A DNA stretch of 51,389 nucleotides, taken from positions 1 through 51,389 of the forward strand of contig JAKJED010000001.1 of NCBI GenBank assembly GCA_022705575.1, given 5' to 3'. Below, piece by piece: positions 35,896 through 44,530 of this stretch. The position numbers and the translations under genes were made by a program. The DNA comes from Patescibacteria group bacterium. GTDB taxonomy: Bacteria > Patescibacteriota > Minisyncoccia > RBG-13-40-8-A. The notes beneath the pieces were generated by a model, which was not told where the DNA came from, did not search any database, and saw only the letters and a program-made list of their open reading frames with translations. The first letter of the stretch is position 1, and each line of letters starts with the position of its first letter.

Positions 35896-37428
35896 ATGAC
35901 AAAAGAACAAGAAATTACAATTTTAGGAGAAACTAATTTTCGCAATCAGAAAGTTAAATTCGGCATAAAGACGAAAGACAGACGTCAACATGTTTATATT
36001 ATCGGTAAAACCGGAACAGGAAAATCAGAATTATTGAAAAATATGGCAATTCAAGATATTCAGAACGGGAAAGGAGTGGCGGTGGTTGATCCTCATGGTG
36101 AATTTGCAGAAAAAATGTTGGACTATGTTCCTTCAAATAGGATTAATGATGTAATTTATTTTAATCCTGCTGATGTTGATTATCCTTTGACGTTTAATAT
36201 TATGGAAAAAGTTGATCCAGAGTATAGGTATTTGGTTGCTTCGGGATTAATGGGCGTATTCAAAAAAATCTGGCCGGATGTTTGGTCAGCAAGAATGGAA
36301 TATATTTTAAGAAATTCAATTTTGGCGTTGTTAGAATATCCGGGAGCTACACTTTTAGGTATTAATCGTTTATTGGCAGATAAGGACTATCGTCAAAAAG
36401 TGATTGAAAAAATTACTGACTCCGGAGTAAGATCGTTTTGGAACAATGAATTTGCTAAGTACCCTGATAAATTTAGAGAAGAAGCGGTTGCGCCGATTCA
36501 AAACAAGGTCGGACAGTTTATTACCACTCCGCTTATCAGAAATATTATTGGACAAGTTAAATCTTCGATTGATATGCGTGAATTAATGGATAATCAGAGA
36601 ATTTTGATTGTTAATTTGTCTAAGGGTAAAATTGGAGAAGATGCTTCGCAATTGTTGGGAGCGTTGGTGATTACAAAATTGCAGTTAGCGGCAATGGGCA
36701 GAGCGGATATTGCGGAAGAAGAACGAAAAGATTTTTACCTTTATGTTGATGAATTCCAAAATTTTGCCACTGATGCTTTTGCAACGATTTTATCGGAAGC
36801 AAGAAAATACAAATTATGTTTGATTTTAGCGCATCAATACGTTGCTCAACTTGAAACAATGGGAGACAAAGGTAAAAATACTAAGGTTAGAGACGCGATT
36901 TTTGGTAATGTTGGGACGCTTATTGCTTTTCGTGTTGGTGCCGATGATGCTGAATTTTTGGAAAAAGAATTTTTACCCGCTTTTACAATTGATGACTTGG
37001 TCAATATTCCAAATTATAATATTTATATAAAATTAATGATTAATGGTTTTGCTTCTCGTGCTTTTAGCGCATTAACATTAAAAATTCCGTCAGCTCAGGA
37101 AAAAACACATAAAGACAAAGCAATAAAAATTTCAAGAGAAAGGTACACAATTCCAAGAAAAATTGTTGAAGAAAAAATTGCGCGTTGGAATGAAACTGAT
37201 GATGAAATTGAGGCAAAAAAATTTGAAACTACTTGTTCAAATTGCGGAAGAAAGACAAAAGTAGCATTTGTGCCTGATGGTAAAAGGCCGGTGTATTGCG
37301 CAACTTGTTTGCAAAAAGAAAGAGAGAAAAAATCAAAAATATTCACACAGGCGCAGGTTAAAAAGAAAATGGAAATTGATTTAGCTGGCGTGCGCGAAGC
37401 AATAAAAAAGGCACAGGGAAAGAAATAA
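35896..37428 (+). CDS. HerA/FtsK-superfamily (VirD4/TraD coupling-protein-like) P-loop ATPase with C-terminal CxxC-x17-CxxC zinc ribbon
   Basis: RRQHVYIIGKTGTGKS (Walker A), DPHGEF, FYLYVDEFQNF (Walker B-like), LILAHQ. Tail is CSNC-x17-CATC. Starts 4 nt after the upstream stop. Confidence 0.8.
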   Translation: MTKEQEITILGETNFRNQKVKFGIKTKDRRQHVYIIGKTGTGKSELLKNMAIQDIQNGKGVAVVDPHGEFAEKMLDYVPSNRINDVIYFNPADVDYPLTFNIMEKVDPEYRYLVASGLMGVFKKIWPDVWSARMEYILRNSILALLEYPGATLLGINRLLADKDYRQKVIEKITDSGVRSFWNNEFAKYPDKFREEAVAPIQNKVGQFITTPLIRNIIGQVKSSIDMRELMDNQRILIVNLSKGKIGEDASQLLGALVITKLQLAAMGRADIAEEERKDFYLYVDEFQNFATDAFATILSEARKYKLCLILAHQYVAQLETMGDKGKNTKVRDAIFGNVGTLIAFRVGADDAEFLEKEFLPAFTIDDLVNIPNYNIYIKLMINGFASRAFSALTLKIPSAQEKTHKDKAIKISRERYTIPRKIVEEKIARWNETDDEIEAKKFETTCSNCGRKTKVAFVPDGKRPVYCATCLQKEREKKSKIFTQAQVKKKMEIDLAGVREAIKKAQGKK

Positions 37429-37503
37429 AATAAGAGAGAAGAAGAAAATGGGCGTTATTATAGATTTTTTTATTCTCATTTTTGATTTTAATGTTTGTTA
37501 TTA

Positions 37504-37541
37504 ATTATTATTATGATATAATGAAATATCATAATAATAAT
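37504..37541. promoter_or_regulatory. Perfect 16-bp inverted repeat (6-nt centre) with embedded extended -10 box; operator/promoter candidate
   Basis: ATTATTATTATGATAT-aatgaa-ATATCATAATAATAAT. TGaTATAAT at 37514-37522 faces the TrpR-like gene. Confidence 0.6.
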
Positions 37542-37596
37542 AATAAATTAATTAATAAATAAATAATTAATAAGCGTTTTAAATTTATTATATGAT

Positions 37597-38025
37597 ATGG
37601 CAAAATTTAATTTTTACAACATCTCAAAAAAAGAAAAAAACGAATTATTAAATGAACTGTATTCTATAGTTAATCAATTAAATACTAAAGAACAAATAGT
37701 TAATTTTTTTAAGGATATTTTAACTAAAAGCGAGGAAGTGATGTTAGCAAGAAGAATTCGTATAGCAAGAATGCTTTTAAAGGGTGAGTCTTGTATACAA
37801 ATATCGAGAAAATTAAAAACTGGATTCGATACAATTACTAAAGTTCAAAAATGGTTAAAAGATGGACTGGGTGATTATGTTAAATCGTTAGATAAAATAA
37901 GTAAAAAAATAGAACAAAAAAATAAAGACATAGACCCGAATTCCTTACAAGGATTAGCCAATCGTTTTCCGTTATATTTTGGGTTGACCAATGCAGTGGT
38001 AAAAACATTAAAGGGTGAAAGATAG
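37597..38025 (+). CDS. TrpR/YerC-YecD-family HTH regulator
   Basis: 142 aa. ILTKSEEVMLARRIRIARMLLKGESCIQISRKLKTGFDTITKVQKWL parallels the Trp-repressor-family core (helices plus HTH ending in ...TIT+). Confidence 0.65.
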   Translation: MAKFNFYNISKKEKNELLNELYSIVNQLNTKEQIVNFFKDILTKSEEVMLARRIRIARMLLKGESCIQISRKLKTGFDTITKVQKWLKDGLGDYVKSLDKISKKIEQKNKDIDPNSLQGLANRFPLYFGLTNAVVKTLKGER

Positions 38026-38029
38026 GTGA

Positions 38030-38065
38030 CAATTATTATGATATAATGATATATCATAATAATTG
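38030..38065. promoter_or_regulatory. Second perfect 16-bp inverted repeat (4-nt centre) with extended -10 box
   Basis: CAATTATTATGATATA-atga-TATATCATAATAATTG. TGaTATAAT at 38039-38047. The 32-nt core at 38032-38063 differs from 37507-37538 at one position. Confidence 0.6.
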
Positions 38066-38193
38066 TGATGATTAATACAATTAATTATCTGTGTTATAAA
38101 AATAATATAATAGTTTTTTAAAGGGCGTATATATCACAAGTTTATATTGTATTAGTGCTCAATTTACAAGCGGATGTTGCAAACTGAACGATC

Positions 38194-38232
38194 GAGGGGC
38201 GGAGAAGTTTTTGCCCTCTTTTTTTATTTTTT
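38194..38232 (+). terminator. Rho-independent terminator ending 21 nt upstream of lysS
   Basis: GAGGGGC ... GCCCTC stem (one bulged G), then TTTTTTTATTTTTT. Confidence 0.6.
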
Positions 38233-38252
38233 AAATATGATATCATAAAGAT

Positions 38253-39611
38253 ATGGATAATTTAGAGGAAATACGAAAAATTAGAATACAGAAATTGGAA
38301 AATTTTAAAAAAATGGGAATGAATCCATATACGGCCATTGCTTGTTTTACACATACAAATGCAGAGGCATTAGATAATTTTAAAAAACTTTCTGGCGTGC
38401 CCGATAAAAATGGTGTGGTACAAAAGAGTGAAGAAATAACATTGGTAGGTAGGGTGCGTTCATTAAGAGGTCATGGCGGTTCAACTTTCTGTCATATTGA
38501 AGACGGTTCGACTACGCTCACCGCAAGTGGAAAAATTCAGCTTTATCTTAAAAAAGATTTGATTGGTGATGCAAATTATGATTTATTTATCAATAATATT
38601 GATTTGGGTGATTTTATTGAAGTAAAAGGAAAACTGTTTTTAACCCAAAAAGGTGAAAAAACTCTGCAGGTTTTTAGTTGGAAAATTTTAACTAAAGCGA
38701 TTTTGCCATTGCCAAGTGAGTGGTATGGATTAGAAGATGTAGAAGAGAGATCCAGAAAGAGATATTTGGATTTAATAATGAATAAAGAGGTTCGCGACAA
38801 ATTCCTAAAACGTTCAAAAATTATTAAAGAAATTAGAAAGTTTTTGGAAGAAAATGGATTTTTAGAAGTGGAAACGCCGATGCTTCAAACTATGGCCGGC
38901 GGAGCGAAAGCAAAACCATTTAAAACGCATTTAAACGCGCTGGATATGGATTTATATTTGAGAATTGCTCCAGAATTATATTTAAAAAGATTGTTGGTCG
39001 GCGGATTTGACAAGGTTTATGAATTAAACAGAAACTTTAGAAACGAAGGTATGGACAGAGAGCATAATCCCGAGTTCACTATGCTTGAATTTTATGCTGC
39101 GTATTGGAATTATGAAATTATGATGGATTTCACAGAAAAACTATTGAATTCATTGAATAATAAATTGTTTCAAAGGCCGTTTAAGAGAATTGAATATGAG
39201 AAAATTGTTAAAAATGGCGACGAGAAAGGAGCATTTGGGAAAATTAAAGAATCGACCTTTGTAATCAATCATCCAGTAGAAATTTCGCCATTAGCCAAGA
39301 AATTAAACGAAAAACAGGCAGCTCGATTTCAATTAATCGTAAATGGCATAGAGTTAGCTAACGGATTTTCTGAATTAAATGATCCAGCAGATCAGGCAGA
39401 AAGATTTAAAGCGCAGGAGATTGAAAGAAAAAGTGGAAACGAAGAAGCGCATCAATATGATAAAGATTTTGTTGAGGCATTGGAATATGGTATGCCTCCG
39501 GCTTCGGGTATCGGTATTGGTATTGATAGATTAACAGTATTATTAACGGACTCTAAAACGTTGCGGGAAATAATTTTATTCCCGACAATGAAACCTAAAG
39601 AAAATGAATAG
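38253..39611 (+). CDS. lysS: Lysine--tRNA ligase (class II)
   Basis: OB-fold N-domain. Motif 2 FRNEGMDREHNPEFTMLEFY and motif 3 GIGIGIDRLTVLL. Confidence 0.95.
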   Translation: MDNLEEIRKIRIQKLENFKKMGMNPYTAIACFTHTNAEALDNFKKLSGVPDKNGVVQKSEEITLVGRVRSLRGHGGSTFCHIEDGSTTLTASGKIQLYLKKDLIGDANYDLFINNIDLGDFIEVKGKLFLTQKGEKTLQVFSWKILTKAILPLPSEWYGLEDVEERSRKRYLDLIMNKEVRDKFLKRSKIIKEIRKFLEENGFLEVETPMLQTMAGGAKAKPFKTHLNALDMDLYLRIAPELYLKRLLVGGFDKVYELNRNFRNEGMDREHNPEFTMLEFYAAYWNYEIMMDFTEKLLNSLNNKLFQRPFKRIEYEKIVKNGDEKGAFGKIKESTFVINHPVEISPLAKKLNEKQAARFQLIVNGIELANGFSELNDPADQAERFKAQEIERKSGNEEAHQYDKDFVEALEYGMPPASGIGIGIDRLTVLLTDSKTLREIILFPTMKPKENE

Positions 39612-40176
39612 GGAGGAGGCATTTAAATTAATTCAAGAGAAAATTCAGAATCAGAATTTAATTAAACACTGTTTAGCTGTTGAGGCATGTATGAAAGAAT
39701 TTGCAGCACATTTTAATGAACACCCTGCCTTTGGCGGAACAAGTATCGAAAAATGGGGGTTGGCGGGTTTGTTGCATGACATTGACTATGAATTGACTAA
39801 AGATAATCTACAACAACATTCAATTATTGGTGCAGAAATGTTGGAAAAATCTGGTTTAGATAAAGAAATTTGTGATGCAGTTAGAACACACAACGAAATG
39901 CACGGTATTAAACCCGAAACTTTAATGGCAAAAGTATTATTGCCAGTTGATCCATTAACTGGATTAATTATTGCTTCAACATTAGTGCTTCCGAGTAAAA
40001 AGATTATTGATGTAACTGCGGAGAATATTTTAAATCGTTTTAAAGAAAAAGGATTTGCCAAGGGTGCAAGCAGGGAAATAATTAGTAAGTGTTCAGAAAC
40101 AGGTTTAACGCTGGAACAATTTGTGGAAATAGGATTGGAGGCGATGAAAGGCATTGCAGGAAAGTTGGGATTATAA
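39604..40176 (+). CDS. HD-domain phosphohydrolase
   Basis: KHCLAVEACM ... GLLHDIDYE ... RTHN. 8-nt overlap with lysS. Confidence 0.75.
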   Translation: MNREEAFKLIQEKIQNQNLIKHCLAVEACMKEFAAHFNEHPAFGGTSIEKWGLAGLLHDIDYELTKDNLQQHSIIGAEMLEKSGLDKEICDAVRTHNEMHGIKPETLMAKVLLPVDPLTGLIIASTLVLPSKKIIDVTAENILNRFKEKGFAKGASREIISKCSETGLTLEQFVEIGLEAMKGIAGKLGL

Positions 40177-40177
40177 T

Positions 40178-40245
40178 TATTCTAATTTCTAATTATTCTA
40201 ATCAAATCCCAATTTGGGTCAATTAGACTAATTAGGTCAATTAGA
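40178..40245. repeat. Cluster of short direct repeats and dyads upstream of serS
   Basis: TTCTAAT x3 (40180, 40187, 40196). CCCAATTTGGG dyad at 40208-40218. GGTCAATTAGA x2 (40217 and 40235) flanking the palindrome CTAATTAG (40228-40235). Confidence 0.45.
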
Positions 40246-40259
40246 TTAATTTTATTGAT

Positions 40260-41501
40260 ATGATAGACATAAAATTATTACGTGAAAATCCGGAAAAAGT
40301 AAAAAATGCCTGTAAAAATAAGCAGGTCAAGATTGATATTGATCAGGTAATTGAATTAGATAGAAAAAGACGCGAATTGATTCAAGAAATTGAAAAATTA
40401 AGAGCAGAACAGAAAAAATTGGGCAAAGACCAAATTGAGCAGGCGAAAGGTTTAAAAAATAAAATTAAGGAATTAGAACCGGAACTAGAAAAAGCGGAAT
40501 TGAATTTTAATATTTTGTTTTCGCAGGTTCCGAACATTCCGTTAGACGATGTTCCTGTCGGAAAAGATGCTTTAGAAAATAAAGTTTTACGAGAAGTTGG
40601 TAAAAAACCGAATTTTAATTTTAAACCTAAAGATTATTTAGAAATTGCGGAAAAATTAGACATTATTGATATTAAGCGAGCAGGAAAGGTTTCTGGTTCG
40701 CGGTTTGGATACATTAAGGGCGAGTTAGCGATGTTAGAATTTGGATTAATTCAACTAGCGCTGGATATTACTAAAAAACAAGGATTTATTCCGATAATTC
40801 CACCAGTTATGATTAAACCGGAAATGATGAAAGCAATGGGTTATGTTGAAAGAGGGGGGGATGAAATTTATTATTTTGATAAAGACGATTTATGTTTAAC
40901 CGGCACATCGGAACAATCAATTGGTCCAATGTATGCTGATGAAGTTTTTGAAGAAAAAGATTTGCCAAAAAGATATGTTGCTTTTTCAACCTGTTTTAGA
41001 CGAGAAGCTGGTTCTTATGGTAAAGACACTAAAGGGATTTTGAGGGTGCATCAATTTGATAAAGTGGAAATGTTTATATTTTCAAAGCCGAAAGATTCGC
41101 AAAGAGAACATGAATTGATTTTATCAATAGAAGAAAAATTAATGAAAGAATTAAAAATTCCTTATCGTGTAGTGGGTATTTGTACTGGGGATTTGGGCGA
41201 TTCGGCTGCAAAAAGATATGATATTGAGGCTTGGATGCCCGGACAAGATGAATATCGCGAGACTCACTCTACTTCAAATTGTACTGATTTTCAGGCAAGA
41301 AGATTAGACATAAAGTATAAATCTAAAAATCAAATTTCACATGTCAAAACAGAATATGTGCATACTCTTAACGGGACAGCGTTTGCAATTGGCAGAACTT
41401 TAATTGCGATTATTGAAAATTATCAGCAAAAAGACGGAAGTATTAAAGTACCGAAAATTTTACGTAAGTACATAAGATTTAAATGTATCACCATAAAATA
41501 A
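40260..41501 (+). CDS. serS: Serine--tRNA ligase
   Basis: N-terminal coiled-coil arm. Motif 2 FRREAGSYGKDTKGILRVHQF and motif 3 GTAFAIGRTLIAIIEN. Confidence 0.95.
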   Translation: MIDIKLLRENPEKVKNACKNKQVKIDIDQVIELDRKRRELIQEIEKLRAEQKKLGKDQIEQAKGLKNKIKELEPELEKAELNFNILFSQVPNIPLDDVPVGKDALENKVLREVGKKPNFNFKPKDYLEIAEKLDIIDIKRAGKVSGSRFGYIKGELAMLEFGLIQLALDITKKQGFIPIIPPVMIKPEMMKAMGYVERGGDEIYYFDKDDLCLTGTSEQSIGPMYADEVFEEKDLPKRYVAFSTCFRREAGSYGKDTKGILRVHQFDKVEMFIFSKPKDSQREHELILSIEEKLMKELKIPYRVVGICTGDLGDSAAKRYDIEAWMPGQDEYRETHSTSNCTDFQARRLDIKYKSKNQISHVKTEYVHTLNGTAFAIGRTLIAIIENYQQKDGSIKVPKILRKYIRFKCITIK

Positions 41502-42226
41502 ATAAAATTAAAAAAAAATCACGCAAAAGAGTGATAATTTGGATTATCTCTCTTTTTGTATTGGCGATGATTATTTATGTTTTATTTTTTTCTCCGATTT
41601 TCAAAATTAAGGAAATAATTATTTTTGGCAATAGAAAAGTTTCAGCAGAAGAGATTAAAAATAATTTGGTTTGCGAAAATATAATTTTAACAAACAATAA
41701 AAACATTAGAAATCAATTATTGAAAAAAAATCTTGCGATTTTAGAATTAAAAATCAGAAAAAATTTATTTAAAAGAAAATTGGAAATTAATATTGAAGAA
41801 AGAGAAGAAATTGGAATTGTTTGTTCTGTTGATAGATGTTTTTATTTTGACAAAGAAGGAATCGTGTTTCAAAAAGCGCCAATTACCAGTGGAAGTTTAA
41901 TCACTATTGTACAAGATTATTCGAATCGCAACTACGAATTAGGTAATAAAATAGCGGATAAAAGTTTTATAGATATTATTTTGGAAATAACTAAAGATTT
42001 GTTTTCTGAAATTGGATTAAAAATTTTGAGCTTCAATATTAGCTCATATCCTATAAAAGAGTTAAAGGCTATAACTAGTGAGGGGTGGTATGTTTTATTT
42101 AATCTCGAGCGAAATATAAACAACCAACTTTTATTATTAAAAGTTGGTTTAAAAGAAAAAATTAAAAATAGAACAAATCTTCATTATGTTGATTTGCGGA
42201 TAGAAAACAGAATATATTATAAATAA
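41483..42226 (+). CDS. FtsQ/DivIB-like cell-division protein (POTRA)
   Basis: Basic N-terminus, single TM VIIWIISLFVLAMIIYVLFF, then IKEIIIFGNRKVSAEEI, the usual start of the FtsQ POTRA domain. Confidence 0.6.
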   Translation: MYHHKINKIKKKSRKRVIIWIISLFVLAMIIYVLFFSPIFKIKEIIIFGNRKVSAEEIKNNLVCENIILTNNKNIRNQLLKKNLAILELKIRKNLFKRKLEINIEEREEIGIVCSVDRCFYFDKEGIVFQKAPITSGSLITIVQDYSNRNYELGNKIADKSFIDIILEITKDLFSEIGLKILSFNISSYPIKELKAITSEGWYVLFNLERNINNQLLLLKVGLKEKIKNRTNLHYVDLRIENRIYYK

Positions 42227-44035
42227 TTATTGAATGCGATAAACAAAGATAGAATTACCAATGACCGTAACAGGTTGATATTGATTTAACCACATATAAA
42301 AGTCTGTTGGTTGAGTCCATCCTTTTGTTGGTTGTGCTTGGCCTTGTTGTTTGAATGTTGCTGAAATCGCCAGCCATTTTCCTTTTGCTTCTGCGGGATT
42401 TCTATTTCCCCACCATCTTTCTGCTTTATCTCCCAGGTAATAGGATGGTATACCTCCGCCAAAATAATCAATATAGATTTTAGGAATATTGTTTTTTTCG
42501 ACCCACTCAGCTAACCTTTTTAAGTCTTGTCCCCAATCTAAATTTGAGTCAGTCACATAAACGTGGCCGTTTTTATTTCCTCCAGCCAATTCGTTAAAAT
42601 AAGTCAAATAATAGGGGAAAGACAACAAAGAAGAAATCATATACCAACACAACAAAACTCCAAGTCCTACACCACAAATCCTAAACAGATTTTTGTTATG
42701 AATTTTTTCAAATAATTTCTTAATTTGTCCGGAAATAAGAATGTATACAAATGGGAATGTTGGCAAAATATGACGAACGCCAATGTTTAAATTGCTTGTT
42801 AAGCTTGCGCCCCAATATATGGCTAAAAAAATTAACATTGAAATTTCAACAAAATATTTTTTAAACCAATTTTCAATTTTTAATTTAAAATCTTGAAATT
42901 TGCGTAATCTAATTTGCCAAATCGCAATCAACAAAGCAATAATTGTAAAAATGTGAAGCGCTAAAGGTTCTTTAATGGCATATACAATTGGGAAGTAATT
43001 TCTCCATCCTTGATTGGTAACATCTCCTAAAAAGTATGTTGTATTTCCACCCGTTGCTCTTAAAAATACCATAAATAGTCCCAATGTATATTGCGCATAA
43101 GGGCGTAATATTGGTTGTTTTGACATCCAAATTACGGCTTCGCCCGCTTTTTTGAAAGGAAATTGTGAGGCGATATAAGTTGTATCAGATATTTGTTTTT
43201 CAATAGGATAATTGGCAATATGAAACATATATACGGGATAAACCAATAAATAGCCAATAACCAAAACAATAAGAAATAAACCAATGTTTTTAAAAAACGT
43301 TTTCCAGAAATGCTTGTTTTCGCGCCATTTAATATAAATCCAAATTAAAGTTAAAAGTCCAAAATAAGGTAATAACAAAAATAGGGAAAATTTTATAAGT
43401 TGAGCAATGCCGAAAGCAATCCCTGCCAAGAATAAATTTTTTGTATTTTGATTCTTTAAGAATTTTATAAAAAAATATGAAGCGAAGAAAAAGGCAAAAG
43501 CGGCCCCAACATCAGTGGTGACATATCTGCCGTGCGCTAGAAATGTAGGAGAAAAAACAAATAAAATTGTTGCAAATAATGCTGGAATTTTACCGTATAA
43601 TTCTTTTGTCCAGCGGTAAATAAAAATCCCCAAAAGAATTAAAAGTAATAACATCGGAATTCTTGACCAAAAAATAATTTTATCAGCATTATTTCCTGAA
43701 TTATATAAGAATTTAAATCCAAAATCCCATTGACTGTTTATTTCATCGGTCCATGATTTAATTTGATCGGGAAAATTAATATTTTGCTTACCAGCGGGCA
43801 GATTTTTAATAAATAATAGAGGAATTGCGGATAAGTCTTTAAGTAAAGGTGGATGTTCGGGGTTTAAGCGCATATCTTTTTGTGTCAAATAAGAATAACC
43901 AGCAGGAATATGGGCTACTTCATCCATGATTGCCGATTCTTGCTTTTGACTGATGGTTGTTAAGATAAGCATTAATATAATAAAAGCTATTGATAAGATG
44001 GGTGATAATTTTTTCATAATTTTACAAATTTCCAT
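42227..44035 (-). CDS. GT-C fold (PMT_2/ArnT-like) lipid-carrier-dependent glycosyltransferase
   Basis: First-loop motif AIMDEVAHIPAGYSY, about 12 TM helices, and a C-terminal soluble domain. Start could be MKKLSP at 44017. Confidence 0.75.
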   Translation of the reverse strand: MEICKIMKKLSPILSIAFIILMLILTTISQKQESAIMDEVAHIPAGYSYLTQKDMRLNPEHPPLLKDLSAIPLLFIKNLPAGKQNINFPDQIKSWTDEINSQWDFGFKFLYNSGNNADKIIFWSRIPMLLLLILLGIFIYRWTKELYGKIPALFATILFVFSPTFLAHGRYVTTDVGAAFAFFFASYFFIKFLKNQNTKNLFLAGIAFGIAQLIKFSLFLLLPYFGLLTLIWIYIKWRENKHFWKTFFKNIGLFLIVLVIGYLLVYPVYMFHIANYPIEKQISDTTYIASQFPFKKAGEAVIWMSKQPILRPYAQYTLGLFMVFLRATGGNTTYFLGDVTNQGWRNYFPIVYAIKEPLALHIFTIIALLIAIWQIRLRKFQDFKLKIENWFKKYFVEISMLIFLAIYWGASLTSNLNIGVRHILPTFPFVYILISGQIKKLFEKIHNKNLFRICGVGLGVLLCWYMISSLLSFPYYLTYFNELAGGNKNGHVYVTDSNLDWGQDLKRLAEWVEKNNIPKIYIDYFGGGIPSYYLGDKAERWWGNRNPAEAKGKWLAISATFKQQGQAQPTKGWTQPTDFYMWLNQYQPVTVIGNSIFVYRIQ

Positions 44036-44133
44036 AACCAGGAAATAAAATTTGAATATTAATTATATTATAATTTAAATTTATTTAGTTGTTGTGTTTT
44101 GGCGTTTGGTTGTTTCTATTATACCATTTAATA

Positions 44134-44142
44134 TGATATAAT
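44134..44142 (+). promoter_or_regulatory. Extended -10 promoter element TGaTATAAT
   Basis: TG at 44134-44135 and TATAAT at 44137-44142, 8 nt upstream of the ATG at 44151. Confidence 0.45.
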
Positions 44143-44150
44143 AAAAACAT

Positions 44151-44528
44151 ATGGAAGAAATATTAAAAAAATTTGAAGCAAAAAGAGCTGAAGAATTAAA
44201 TAAACCGGAACAGAAAGAAAATGTGTTAAGTCCGGAAAAACAAAAAGAGATATTAAAGGAAGCCGTAGATGAAAAAATAGCGGAAACCCCCATTGTTTCT
44301 ACGGTTAGGCAACAAGTTGTTCAACAAACAACCGTAAAGTTAAAGAATGAACCCAAAGAAAGACAAATAGAACTTTTGGTTCAGATGGTTTTTGATAAGG
44401 GAATTGTTGAAGCGATTGAGGTAGCAAAAAATCTCGATAGTCCATATTTATTGGATGAATTTCACGATACTTTAATTGATCATCTTTATGATAAATTGGT
44501 CATAGAAGGCAAATTAAAACAAATATAA
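44151..44528 (+). CDS. Small charged hypothetical protein
   Basis: 125 aa, Lys/Glu-rich N-half, no TM. Stop lies 2 nt before the fused ATPase gene. Confidence 0.55.
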   Translation: MEEILKKFEAKRAEELNKPEQKENVLSPEKQKEILKEAVDEKIAETPIVSTVRQQVVQQTTVKLKNEPKERQIELLVQMVFDKGIVEAIEVAKNLDSPYLLDEFHDTLIDHLYDKLVIEGKLKQI

Positions 44529-44530
44529 AT

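Noticed and set aside
37504-38065. Integron-cassette (attC) or MITE interpretation of the palindromes flanking the TrpR-like gene
   Set aside because: No GTTRRRY core sites, integrase, target-site duplications or terminal inverted repeats spanning the whole unit. The embedded -10 boxes and the adjacent HTH regulator make an operator/promoter role more parsimonious.
38054-38232. T-box or lysine (L-box) riboswitch upstream of lysS
   Set aside because: I could not find the T-box consensus or a specifier-loop/K-turn arrangement, nor the conserved L-box helices. Reported only as an unclassified leader.
38236-38247. 12-bp palindrome TATGATATCATA and isolated TATGATAT cores (for example 8554-8561 and 44132-44139) as independent operators
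   Set aside because: Such short AT-rich words and palindromes are expected many times by chance in this composition. They are mentioned only as supporting context for the 32-nt repeats.
39786-40154. 122-aa minus-strand ORF
   Set aside because: Antisense within the HD-domain gene. No recognisable motifs.
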